From Candidatus Woesearchaeota archaeon (GTDB taxonomy: Archaea; Nanobdellota; Nanobdellia; Woesearchaeales; GW2011-AR4): a stretch of DNA of 64,000 nucleotides. The DNA lies in assembly GCA_016187495.1 (NCBI GenBank), contig JACPJP010000012.1, forward strand, positions 81,150 through 145,149. Direction: 5' to 3'. This document shows, in pieces, positions 28,160 through 36,996 of the stretch (position 1 is its first letter; each line of letters opens with the position of its first letter). Below the pieces are notes generated by a model that saw only the letters and a list, made by a program, of their open reading frames with translations, did not search any database and was not told where the DNA came from. A program made the position numbers and the translations under genes.

Positions 28160-28856
28160 ATCTGTACTTTATCAGGTAAAGCAGGGCCTTTACTCCATCC
28201 TTCCACGTGATTTTTTTGCCTTCGCTAAATCTTCTTCCCATAAAATCTATGGGGACTTCAGTAATCTTGTAGCCCTTTTTCAGAATTTTAGCGGTTATTT
28301 CCGGCTCAAAATCAAATCTTTTCGCTTTTAGATTAATATTTTTGATAACCTCCTTTTTGAATACCTTGTAGCCAGTCTCCATGTCAGTTATTTTAGTCCC
28401 ATACAATATGCTGGTTATAGCAGTAAGAAATAAATTTCCGAAGTAATGCAGCTTATACATCTTTCTCAGGTTTTTCCTTATTGATGCCAGTCTTGAGCCG
28501 TAAACTACCTTTGCCTTGCTTTCTATTATAGGCTTAAGCAATTTTTTGTACTCCTTGGGATCATACTCCAGGTCAGCATCCTGTATAAGCATTATATCTC
28601 CAGTAGCATGATTTAAGGCCGTCCTTATTGCAGCACCCTTGCCTTTGTTTTTCTCATGGAAGAATATTTTTAATTTGCGGTCCTGCAGCCTTTCAAGCAG
28701 ATTTCTTGTGCCGTCTCTTGAGAAATCATCAACAACAATTATCTCTCTTTTCATATTTCCGAGCTTTACATTTTTCACTTTATTTATAACTTTTAAAATT
28801 GTTTTTTCTTCGTTGTAGGCAGGAACTATTATAGATAATTTTGTTGTCATAATCAT
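28149..28856 (-). CDS. Family-2 glycosyltransferase
   Basis: 235 aa. [33 protein letters not shown]. Close paralogue of 4766-5464. Confidence 0.9.
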   Translation of the reverse strand: MIMTTKLSIIVPAYNEEKTILKVINKVKNVKLGNMKREIIVVDDFSRDGTRNLLERLQDRKLKIFFHEKNKGKGAAIRTALNHATGDIMLIQDADLEYDPKEYKKLLKPIIESKAKVVYGSRLASIRKNLRKMYKLHYFGNLFLTAITSILYGTKITDMETGYKVFKKEVIKNINLKAKRFDFEPEITAKILKKGYKITEVPIDFMGRRFSEGKKITWKDGVKALLYLIKYRFTD

Positions 28857-29046
28857 CCCAATAAAAAGCGGAGTTTTAAAAAGGTATCGAAGCCGTGGGC
28901 TTCGGTGAATGGTAGAATTCCAGCAGAATTAGCTGGAATAAGTATCAGCTTAGGGAGAAATAAGACTTTCTATGCGGTACTTTCCCATAAGGTATACTTG
29001 AAAATGTGCCATTTTCGGTGTCACGCTCGCTACATTAGGCAACCCA

Positions 29047-29193
29047 TTACCACAATGTATCATAAACAAACGGTAAATTGTTGCCCTGCCCTAAGATGAT
29101 TAGTATGCCCATAAAGACAATAATCATTAATGGAATAAGCCACCATCTCTTCCGTACCTTCAAAAAACCCCAAATTTTATCAAATGAAGCCAT
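29047..29193 (-). CDS. DUF5989-like 48-aa single-TM protein
   Basis: Below the track cutoff. Own translation: MASFDKIWGFLKVRKRWWLIPLMIIVFMGILIILGQGNNLPFVYDTLW. AGGTG lies 5-9 nt upstream. The pattern matches my memory of DUF5989 (..W.FL+.RKK.WL.P......L.G.L......APF.Y..F). Confidence 0.55.
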   Translation of the reverse strand: MASFDKIWGFLKVRKRWWLIPLMIIVFMGILIILGQGNNLPFVYDTLW

Positions 29194-29357
29194 CTTACAC
29201 CTGCTCTTTCCAATCATTAAAACTGCGAACTACATCGCTATTTTGAGACGCTAATTTAAGAACATATATTTAAAACCTCCTTTTCAAACAACAAAGTTCC
29301 ACTTATGTTTCATAAGTGGTTTACATGTAGCTATACGTTGCATGGAATTTTGTGTAC

Positions 29358-29374
29358 TCAAAAACTACCCATCA
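29358..29374. repeat. Terminal inverted repeat of the IS (downstream end relative to the transposase)
   Basis: TCAAAAACTACCCATCA. Confidence 0.8.
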
Positions 29375-29451
29375 TAAGTGGAATTTTGAGTGGCAAAAAC
29401 CATGCTATTGTTTAGCTTAATAAAATATGCCACCCATCTCTGATCTCATCC

Positions 29452-30807
29452 TTACCCACATCTTACGAGCCTCGCACCTTCACATAACTTTTGGACTTCA
29501 TCCCAACCTCGCCATATCGTAATCCATCCTGGATCTCCATCATTTTTTCTTCCTAGGAATCCCCCAATTTTTGCAACCTCTATCCAAAAATCTTTTAATG
29601 TCATTGAATCCGTATCTTTCAAGGTTTTTCTTTCAAGAACTTCCAGCGTTACACCATCAATATAATCCTTGGAAAACAGATGCTGTCCGCTTTTAACTTG
29701 TTCTTTAATCTGAAGCAGCCTCAATGCAACGACACTTAAAAAATCCATCAGTCTTTCTATTCTTTTATTGTCTTTTAATTGTCTTTCTTCAAGCCGACAT
29801 CCAGTCTTTAAACATTTGTGATATTCTTCAACAATCCATCTTATCGCATACAGGTCAAGAACCTTGCAATTTTCTCTAAATGAGTTTGCTTTGAGGGAGG
29901 TAAGTATAACCCACTCAACAGGCCCTTCTTTTTTTTGGGGTTTAACCTCTCTAGCATAAATTACTCTGCATTTTAAAGGTCGTTTATTTTGAAATGGATA
30001 GGATGGTTGTATAACTATTTCTTTACTAGCCACCTTTAATTTAGCGATCCTTTTTTTGTGTTGGGAAGATTTTCTTATTAGCAATCTAACAGTGCCTAGA
30101 GGTTTAGTATCCTTAATTAGTTCAAACAGTTTTTTCTTTTCAGAAACGATTTTTCTGTTATAAGCTGCTCTTATTATGAAATCATGGCTTAAAGAAAGTG
30201 AATCTTCCATTACTCTATAAATATCTGCACCACGATCCATAATATCAACATATTTTGTTGAAGTAGTGGATGAGCCAATAGCATTTAAAGCATTATTCCA
30301 CAAATCAGATTCTCTTTCTCTACTATATCTCAACTTCTTGGTTTCTTTGTTCGGTTTTGGCTTTCGATAGTGTATCTCCTGGTGCAGTAAACCAAGAACT
30401 TTTGGAAAAGGTGAAGGTACGATTGCTAGCGAGGTGTGTAATAGAAAGCCTTTGCTTAGGCCTTTGCCAACTTGAGATAAGCCATCTATTTCTGAAGAGA
30501 CACCATAATTTATCTCGCTAGTGTCATGAATGCACAAAACAGTATCATAACCCATTACGACTTTTTTAGTTTCACTAAAATAAGGGGATATGAGCGAACT
30601 ATATTTCACGGAAGGGTTGTCCAAAAAGCGATAACAGGCTTTTGTAGAAGCCCAGTCCCCCATTTGATGCGGTATCAGACTATTTGGTTTCTCAAACATT
30701 TTACTACCTATCTCACTTGCACGATTGCTTAAACGCAAATCTCTAAGATTACAAGCTTCCCAGTGATTTCCTATATTGCTAATTGAGTGATTTGTTCCAA
30801 AATACAT
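29452..30807 (-). CDS. IS4-family DDE transposase (Tn5-like)
   Basis: The track ORF starts at GTG 30816; the ATG at 30807 follows GAGGTGA. Tn5-like N-terminus ..ACYRFLDNPSVKYSSL..LCIHDTSEINY (D1), IMDRGAD (D2), and an exact Y-2-R-3-E-6-K signature YAIRWIVEEYHKCLK. Confidence 0.9.
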   Translation of the reverse strand: MYFGTNHSISNIGNHWEACNLRDLRLSNRASEIGSKMFEKPNSLIPHQMGDWASTKACYRFLDNPSVKYSSLISPYFSETKKVVMGYDTVLCIHDTSEINYGVSSEIDGLSQVGKGLSKGFLLHTSLAIVPSPFPKVLGLLHQEIHYRKPKPNKETKKLRYSRERESDLWNNALNAIGSSTTSTKYVDIMDRGADIYRVMEDSLSLSHDFIIRAAYNRKIVSEKKKLFELIKDTKPLGTVRLLIRKSSQHKKRIAKLKVASKEIVIQPSYPFQNKRPLKCRVIYAREVKPQKKEGPVEWVILTSLKANSFRENCKVLDLYAIRWIVEEYHKCLKTGCRLEERQLKDNKRIERLMDFLSVVALRLLQIKEQVKSGQHLFSKDYIDGVTLEVLERKTLKDTDSMTLKDFWIEVAKIGGFLGRKNDGDPGWITIWRGWDEVQKLCEGARLVRCG

Positions 30808-30868
30808 AAATATCACCTCTTATAATATAAACATATTAGCATATATTTATGGGTAATGGTAAGATCTC

Positions 30869-30885
30869 TGATGGGTAGTTTTTGA
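30869..30885. repeat. Terminal inverted repeat of the IS (upstream end relative to the transposase)
   Basis: TGATGGGTAGTTTTTGA, the exact reverse complement of 29358-29374. Confidence 0.8.
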
Positions 30886-30951
30886 CATATCCCATTTCGG
30901 GGGTGTGATCAAGTAAAAGCTTTAGCGTCACTAAATACCTTTCACTTACAG

Positions 30952-32370
30952 CTAAAATTGGAAGTAAATAAAAGCTTTACTCGCACTAGGGGTAAATAAG
31001 AACAGAAGCAACGTGATAACCATTACATATGCAAACCAATAACTCAATCTTGACGAATTAATTCTTTCAAGAATATTGGGCATTTTATAAGATAAAGCAT
31101 GCAAATAAAAGAATGCCATAATAAGAAGAATTGAAAATTTATTTTCCAGAAAAAAAGGCATAATCTTGGATATACCTCCAGAAAAGAAGTCTAAAAATAA
31201 GAATTTCTTTACAGCAAATAATAAGTGCTCAGAGTTCCCAACCCTAAAAATCAGCCAACCCAAAAATATAAAATATTGCGTAATAAGAACAGAAGTAATT
31301 CTGCTCTTAATTAGGCTGAATCTATCTGTAACCCACTTATACGCCACTAACAATGTTCCATGATATATGCCCCAAATTACGAAATTCCACGCAGCACCAT
31401 GCCACAATCCACCAAGAAACATAGTCGTCATTAAGTTAATGAAAGTCCTAGATCTTCCTTTTCTATTCCCCCCCAAGGGAATATACAGGTAGTCTCTAAG
31501 CCATGTCGAAAGGGTTATGTTCCACCTGCTCCAGAAATCAGAAGGGTTGCGCGCAAAATAAGGCTTATTAAAGTTCTTTGGGAGTTTAAAACCGAATATC
31601 CTTGCAGTACCAATAGCAATATCGGCGTATCCTGAAAAATCGCAATAAATTTGCACTCCAAATGCCAAAGTTCCAATTATTATGTGAAACGAGCTCAGAC
31701 CAATGGGGTTAGAGAAGATAGAGTCAACAAGAGAAGCAATGTTATCTGCAAAAACGACTTTCTTAACTAAGCCCCAGCCAATGTAAGTTAAACCATGTTT
31801 TAGATTCTCGCCTATTATTAAAACCTTTTTTTCAAGCTGAGGCAAGAATTCTGAGGCTCTGACAATAGGTCCTGCTACGAGTTGTGGGAAAAAGGAAATG
31901 AAAAGAGCGTATTTTAAAAATGAATTAGTAGGCTTTAATTTTTCCCTATAGATATCGAAGGTATAACCCATTGTTTGGAATGTGAAAAAAGACAGGCCTA
32001 CAGGCAGAACTATATTTAACGTGCTTAATGAAGGGCTTGCTCCAAACAGCTTTCCTATATCGTTGGCTACGCCTATTGCGAAATTTGTGTACTTGAAGAA
32101 AGCAAGCACCCCCAAATTACCAACTATGCTGAGGATAAGAAAAAATTTTCTTTTTCCTAATGCAACGTTTTCATATACCTTCTTCCCGGTATAAAAACTG
32201 AGTAATGAAGAAAACAAAAGCAGAACAAACATGGGGCCGCTGTCAGTATAATAAAACACGTAGCTTGACACAAGTAGTAACGATAATCTCAGAGCATTTC
32301 TCCTAAATAATTCGACAGCTAGGAGTACAACGATCATCAAGATTGCAAATTGCAGCGAATTAAACAGCAT
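30952..32370 (-). CDS. MBOAT-family membrane-bound O-acyltransferase (AlgI/DltB-like)
   Basis: 472 aa, polytopic. ..FWSRWNITLSTWLRDYLYIPLGGNR..GGLWHGAAWNFVIWG.. includes the conserved His. Confidence 0.9.
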   Translation of the reverse strand: MLFNSLQFAILMIVVLLAVELFRRNALRLSLLLVSSYVFYYTDSGPMFVLLLFSSLLSFYTGKKVYENVALGKRKFFLILSIVGNLGVLAFFKYTNFAIGVANDIGKLFGASPSLSTLNIVLPVGLSFFTFQTMGYTFDIYREKLKPTNSFLKYALFISFFPQLVAGPIVRASEFLPQLEKKVLIIGENLKHGLTYIGWGLVKKVVFADNIASLVDSIFSNPIGLSSFHIIIGTLAFGVQIYCDFSGYADIAIGTARIFGFKLPKNFNKPYFARNPSDFWSRWNITLSTWLRDYLYIPLGGNRKGRSRTFINLMTTMFLGGLWHGAAWNFVIWGIYHGTLLVAYKWVTDRFSLIKSRITSVLITQYFIFLGWLIFRVGNSEHLLFAVKKFLFLDFFSGGISKIMPFFLENKFSILLIMAFFYLHALSYKMPNILERINSSRLSYWFAYVMVITLLLFLFTPSASKAFIYFQF

Positions 32371-32376
32371 TTTAGG

Positions 32377-33393
32377 TTAACTTACCATTTTTATTACTTT
32401 TAATCCCAGATCTTTTGAAAAAATTTCTTTTCCATTTCTGTTAAGATGGTGCGCATCATAAAAATACGATTCATTATAACGAAGAGTATAGTCTAACACG
32501 GTAAAGTTGTATTGTTGAGCGGTCTCGTCTAGAAAGGCGTCGAAATTCTTTTTATATTCGTTAGGTATTTTTTTCACTAAACTAGGATTTAGCGGTATCT
32601 TCACTACAATGACCTTTATTTTATTTTTTGACAGTTTCTGAACCATAAGTTTAAAAGCCAATTTTTCTGCATTTATTCCATCAGGAACATTGTACTCTTT
32701 AAAGTCTGTTTTAGCCTCCAGCTTTGTTATAAATTCAGGATCATGCAATTCATTATACTGCAATAAAATGCCCTCGGATTTAAAATCTGAGTTATATTTT
32801 TTGTAGAAATCGGGCTTTTTACCCCCCAATACACTATGCTTTAGTAATTCAATATTTTTATCTGTCGCAGCATTGATAAATTTTCTCTTGTATAGCAACA
32901 ATTTCAATCTATTCATATTTAACAGTTCCTTATAAGTTTTGTTATACACGAGGTTCAAATTAGACCCCCTTAAATTAACATACTCTGAAATAAGCGCATA
33001 TTGGTCATATGGAAACAACCATTGTTCGCTGAAACTCATGTAACCAACCCCCATCACTACCGACTTGGGTTTTGAATTAATTGCAGACTCTAATTCTGCA
33101 CTTCTTATTAAAGGAGTTGATGCAGGATTACCGAGGTTATAATGCCTGAATGAGCTATTTAGTTCATCTATTAAGCTTGCATCCACATCTTCTTTTATAT
33201 CAGAAGCCCCCCAATAGTACACTTTATCGGAATCAATTTTCGTGTTATAGAATTCAAATAGCATTCTAGCCCTGTTTAACGCAGAATAATTCTCCAGATA
33301 CGGGTCAACATAAAACTTAATTACCAGAGAATAGATAGAGAATGAAGCAAGTACTGCAAGCACCAGTGATATTAATATTATTGCCTTTCCCAT
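32377..33393 (-). CDS. DltD/AlgJ-like SGNH-fold partner of the MBOAT (signal-anchored)
   Basis: The track ORF extends to 33576. I place the start at the ATG 33393 (MGKAIILISLVLAVLASFSIY signal anchor), 23 nt downstream of a TTTATAAT box (33416-33423, minus strand). C-terminal ..YFYDAHHLNRNGKEIFSKDL.. Confidence 0.65.
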   Translation of the reverse strand: MGKAIILISLVLAVLASFSIYSLVIKFYVDPYLENYSALNRARMLFEFYNTKIDSDKVYYWGASDIKEDVDASLIDELNSSFRHYNLGNPASTPLIRSAELESAINSKPKSVVMGVGYMSFSEQWLFPYDQYALISEYVNLRGSNLNLVYNKTYKELLNMNRLKLLLYKRKFINAATDKNIELLKHSVLGGKKPDFYKKYNSDFKSEGILLQYNELHDPEFITKLEAKTDFKEYNVPDGINAEKLAFKLMVQKLSKNKIKVIVVKIPLNPSLVKKIPNEYKKNFDAFLDETAQQYNFTVLDYTLRYNESYFYDAHHLNRNGKEIFSKDLGLKVIKMVS

Positions 33394-33675
33394 TATAATT
33401 CGGCAAAATAAGATAATTATAAACGTTTTGGTAGTGTTATGCAAAGTTTCCAACTGCGCAAGGGCTTTTGGCGAAGGGAAGGGTAGCGTCAAGATGTGAG
33501 CATTTGTTAAATAACAAGCGCATTGACAGAGGGGTTGCTCACGGACGTCCACCTCCTCTTTTGATATGCTTTGCAAAGGGGCTCGACTTCAAGGCTGCTA
33601 AACACATACCCCGTTTAGATAGATTTTAATATAAAGATACGAAAACTCTCAAGATATAATGGGGTAGCAAGAAAT

Positions 33676-34827
33676 ATGCTAAGTCTTAAAAGGCTAATAG
33701 AGTTTTATAAATCTATATCTATAATATTATTAAATACATTACTGCTGCTCATTTTTTTGAATTTATTCTTGCAGCTGCTCATTGTTCTCTTTGAAGACAA
33801 GGTTCCTAAGGGCTCAATGCGCTTCGGCATGGAAACACTAAAGGAAGTTTACCCAAATCTTAGCGAGGAAGATATTTTAGCTTTGGGGCATGAATCATGG
33901 TACAACCAAGAATTCAAATATGAGCCTTATATACAATTCACGAGGAAGGCTAAAGAGGGCAAATTTTTAAATATTCACGAGGAAGGCTTTCGATATATTC
34001 AGGATCAATGCAGCTACCCCCTTAATAGGAGCAATTATAACATCTTTCTTTTCGGAGGCTCTACTGCGTTCGGGTATGGTATTGGAGATAATGATACAAT
34101 TGCATCAAGAATTCAGTACAGATTGAGGAATAATTATAATTTTACCAGCGTATGCGTTTATAATTTTGGAATTGGCGCTTATTTTAGCATTCAGGAAGGA
34201 ATCTTACTACAAAACCTTATTAGAAAAAATCAAATACCCGATATGAGCATATACCTTGATTTGCTGAATGATTATAATGCTCCGGATTCCCAGCCAAAAT
34301 TTACACCCCAGCTTAGCGGCTACATGGCTGGAAAAAATAAAGTGGCAAATGCATTGTCTGAGCTGCCGATGGCGAGAATTGCAGCATACCTTTTATCTAG
34401 CGGGGATAATCGCTTAATCAAGGGAGAGAAGGAATTAATAGACATTACCAATAGGTATTTCATCAATAAGAAAATAATTGAATCGGTTAGCAATAACTTT
34501 GGGATTAAAACTTACTTTGTCGTTCAGCCAATTCCCCTATATAAGTATAATTTGTCAAATCATATAGTATACAATAAATATCCGCATATCCTAAACATAT
34601 CTATGAATGGTAAGTTAGGCTATGAGATTTTAAGGGGACGGTATGATAATCTAAGTTTTAATGACCGGAAAAACATTATCTGGCTTGCAGATATGCAGGA
34701 GAATAGAAGTGAGAACTTGTATGTTGATTCCGACCATTACAACCCCTATTTCTCAGATGAAATTGCCAAGGAAATAGTAAAAAGTATAAAGAATTCCATT
34801 CATCCCAGACAAATTGCCGGAAAATAA
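33676..34827 (+). CDS. Signal-anchored SGNH/GDSL-like hydrolase or acyltransferase
   Basis: 383 aa. Block I-like IFLFGGSTAFGYG; block V-like VDSDHYNP (D-x-x-H). N-terminal TM helix. Confidence 0.6.
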   Translation: MLSLKRLIEFYKSISIILLNTLLLLIFLNLFLQLLIVLFEDKVPKGSMRFGMETLKEVYPNLSEEDILALGHESWYNQEFKYEPYIQFTRKAKEGKFLNIHEEGFRYIQDQCSYPLNRSNYNIFLFGGSTAFGYGIGDNDTIASRIQYRLRNNYNFTSVCVYNFGIGAYFSIQEGILLQNLIRKNQIPDMSIYLDLLNDYNAPDSQPKFTPQLSGYMAGKNKVANALSELPMARIAAYLLSSGDNRLIKGEKELIDITNRYFINKKIIESVSNNFGIKTYFVVQPIPLYKYNLSNHIVYNKYPHILNISMNGKLGYEILRGRYDNLSFNDRKNIIWLADMQENRSENLYVDSDHYNPYFSDEIAKEIVKSIKNSIHPRQIAGK

Positions 34828-34983
34828 CTGTTATTAATGGAACTCTGTAATTTTTTGAGAGCGAGAAAAGCATAGTGGCTTGCCTCAATAATTATTATGC
34901 TTATTTTAGCGGGTATATTAATTATTTTTAGCTAAAGCATCGCCTTGTCGCCTTTTATTTATGCGCTATTTTAATTCCTTATC

Positions 34984-35466
34984 TTAATTGTTATAAACTT
35001 TTATTGTCCTATTTATGAAGTCCGTAGTTGAGTAACCCTTAACTTTCCGAATCAAAACAATTTTCCCATTATTTTTTTCCACAGCATCCTTTTCAATTAC
35101 CTGGCTAATATCATAATCGCCACCTTTTACATGAAAATCTGGCTTTATAATACCAAGAATCTTTATAGGATTTTCCTCGTTAAATACTGCAACATAATCA
35201 ACGCATTCCAATGCTGCAAGGGCTTCTGCCCTGTCATTTTCATTGTTTAACGGCCTTTTAGGGCCCTTTATTTTTTTTGTAGAGGAATCCGAGTTTATAG
35301 CCACTATGAGTGTATCTCCTAATTTTTTTGCTTCATGTAGGTATCTTATATGACCAATATGCAGAATATCAAAAACACCGTTTGTAGTAACTATTTTTTT
35401 GTTTTGGGCTTTTAGTTCTGCTACGATCCTTTTCAATTCATTAACATTTTTTATTTTTTGTGGCAT
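34984..35466 (-). CDS. hldC: D-beta-D-heptose 1-phosphate adenylyltransferase (RfaE domain II-type cytidylyltransferase-fold NTase)
   Basis: 160 aa. TTNGVFDILHIGHIRYLHEAKKLGDTLIVAINSDSS..KGPKRP..VKGGDY is near-collinear with the C-terminal half of E. coli HldE. Confidence 0.85.
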   Translation of the reverse strand: MPQKIKNVNELKRIVAELKAQNKKIVTTNGVFDILHIGHIRYLHEAKKLGDTLIVAINSDSSTKKIKGPKRPLNNENDRAEALAALECVDYVAVFNEENPIKILGIIKPDFHVKGGDYDISQVIEKDAVEKNNGKIVLIRKVKGYSTTDFINRTIKVYNN

Positions 35467-35468
35467 TT

Positions 35469-36026
35469 TTACTTTGTTTTACTACTTTTAATAATGAAAT
35501 CTGCTGCCTCTAAAAAATTATTGGCTATGAAATTAGGATTTATTTCGCTGTTTTTTAAGTCTTCCAAATGATTGCTGCCATGGCCTGTGAGCAGGTAAAC
35601 AGATTTGCAGCCGTTTTTTATGCCCATCTCAACATCATGCGGATGATCCCCCATAACCCATGAATTTTTTATGTCAATGCCAAATTCCTTTTCAGCCTCC
35701 CTTACATATTTTGTGTGAGGCTTTCGGCATTTGCACAATTCTTCAGGAGCATGCGGGCAGTAGTATATTTTTTTAATCTCTATACTTCCTTTTTTTAATT
35801 CATTGAGTAACTTTTCATTGAATTTGTGCATATCTTCTTCTTGGAAAATGCCCCTGCCTATTCCGGACTGGTTTGTTATTATAATAAAAATGTAATCTTT
35901 CTTTAATTTTTTTAATCCTTCTATAACCCCTGGAAGCAATTTAAAATGCTCTACTTTATGTGGGTACATTGTGTCGTCGTTCAAACAACCATCTCTATCG
36001 AGGAATAAAGCTTTATGCATTTTCAA
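35469..36026 (-). CDS. gmhB: D,D-heptose 1,7-bisphosphate phosphatase (HAD family)
   Basis: 185 aa. FLDRDGCLN (DxD nucleophile), ITNQSGIGRG, and the zinc-site pattern CPH..CKCRKP. Confidence 0.85.
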   Translation of the reverse strand: MKMHKALFLDRDGCLNDDTMYPHKVEHFKLLPGVIEGLKKLKKDYIFIIITNQSGIGRGIFQEEDMHKFNEKLLNELKKGSIEIKKIYYCPHAPEELCKCRKPHTKYVREAEKEFGIDIKNSWVMGDHPHDVEMGIKNGCKSVYLLTGHGSNHLEDLKNSEINPNFIANNFLEAADFIIKSSKTK

Positions 36027-36996
36027 TACTCTCCTTTAATTCTTCTATGCTTACAGTTGAGGTCCCTACTTTTCCTACAGTTATGCCTGCAGCATGGTTT
36101 GCAATTATTGCAGATTCTTCTAAATTTGCGCCTGAGACCAAAGCGAGCGTCAAGGCTGCAACAGAAGTGTCTCCTGCGCCGATTATATTATAGACCTGCT
36201 TGGCGTATGTTGGTATGTTCAATATTTTTCCATTTTTTTCAAACAGCGACATGCCCTTTTCGCCTCTTGTTACCAGGACATTACTATTTAATTCTGCAAG
36301 AAGGCTTTTTCCTACGCTTTCAACATTTTCTTTATCGTCTTCGCTTAATCCAGCCATTTTTTTTGCCTCAGAGACGTTTGGAGTTATTAATGTGACATTT
36401 TTATAATATTCCTTATGCTCAGGCTTTGGATCAACAATTAAAAGTATACTATTCTTTTTGCATAATTCCTTCAAGGCTTCCATTAACTCTCTGGTTATAG
36501 TGCCTTTTGCATAATCAGAAACAATTACAGCATCAATGTCTTTTATTATTTCCTTGACTGCATTAAGTATTTTTTCTTCTGTGTCTGTGTGTATATCTCC
36601 TTTTTTTTCGTAGTCAAACCTCAAAAGCTGCTGCTTGCCTCCAAAAATCCTGACTTTTAATATAGTTCTTTTTTCCGGGTCCGATATGAGGTAATTCGAA
36701 TTAATCCTTTTCTTTGCCATGCCCTTAATCAGCTTGTCTCTTGTTTCATCGTTTCCAACTACCCCTGCCATCCAGACTTTTGCTCCAAGCTCAGCGATAT
36801 TCGCTGCAACATTTGAAGCTCCCCCTGGCACATACTCTTCTTTAACCACATTCACTATCTGGACAGGCGCTTCCGGGCTTATCCTGCTTACATTGCCCCA
36901 GATATACTTATCCAGCATTACATCCCCTAAAACAAGAATTTTTTTGTCTTTGAACTTTTCTATAATTTTTATGAGGCTATTCATTATCCCACCCAT
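36013..36996 (-). CDS. hldA: D-beta-D-heptose 7-phosphate kinase (RfaE domain I, PfkB family)
   Basis: 327 aa. LVLGDVMLDKYIWGNVSRISPEAPVQIV matches the HldE N-terminus. PfkB C-terminal motif IGAGDTSVAAL. Confidence 0.85.
   Translation of the reverse strand: MGGIMNSLIKIIEKFKDKKILVLGDVMLDKYIWGNVSRISPEAPVQIVNVVKEEYVPGGASNVAANIAELGAKVWMAGVVGNDETRDKLIKGMAKKRINSNYLISDPEKRTILKVRIFGGKQQLLRFDYEKKGDIHTDTEEKILNAVKEIIKDIDAVIVSDYAKGTITRELMEALKELCKKNSILLIVDPKPEHKEYYKNVTLITPNVSEAKKMAGLSEDDKENVESVGKSLLAELNSNVLVTRGEKGMSLFEKNGKILNIPTYAKQVYNIIGAGDTSVAALTLALVSGANLEESAIIANHAAGITVGKVGTSTVSIEELKESIENA

Larger units (their letters stand above)
29358..30885 (-). mobile_element. IS4-family (IS50/Tn5-like) insertion sequence, 1528 bp
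   Basis: Perfect 17-bp terminal inverted repeats (TCAAAAACTACCCATCA at 29358-29374; its reverse complement at 30869-30885) bracket a single DDE transposase gene. Confidence 0.8.

Noticed and set aside
28905-29099. A 64-aa + strand track ORF.
   Set aside because: It has no motifs and overlaps the better-supported DUF5989-like ORF on the opposite strand and a hairpin-rich intergenic stretch.
29349-30894. A search for a 9-bp target-site duplication and for longer imperfect inverted repeats around the IS.
   Set aside because: The flanks TTTGTGTAC and CATATCCCA differ, and complementarity stops exactly at 17 bp. No duplication is claimed.
33394-33576. The 61-codon N-terminal extension of the DltD-like ORF, as drawn in the track.
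   Set aside because: The extension has no signal or TM character and lies in a GC-rich block where stop codons are rare by composition. A TATA box plus a signal-anchor Met at 33393 give a better start.
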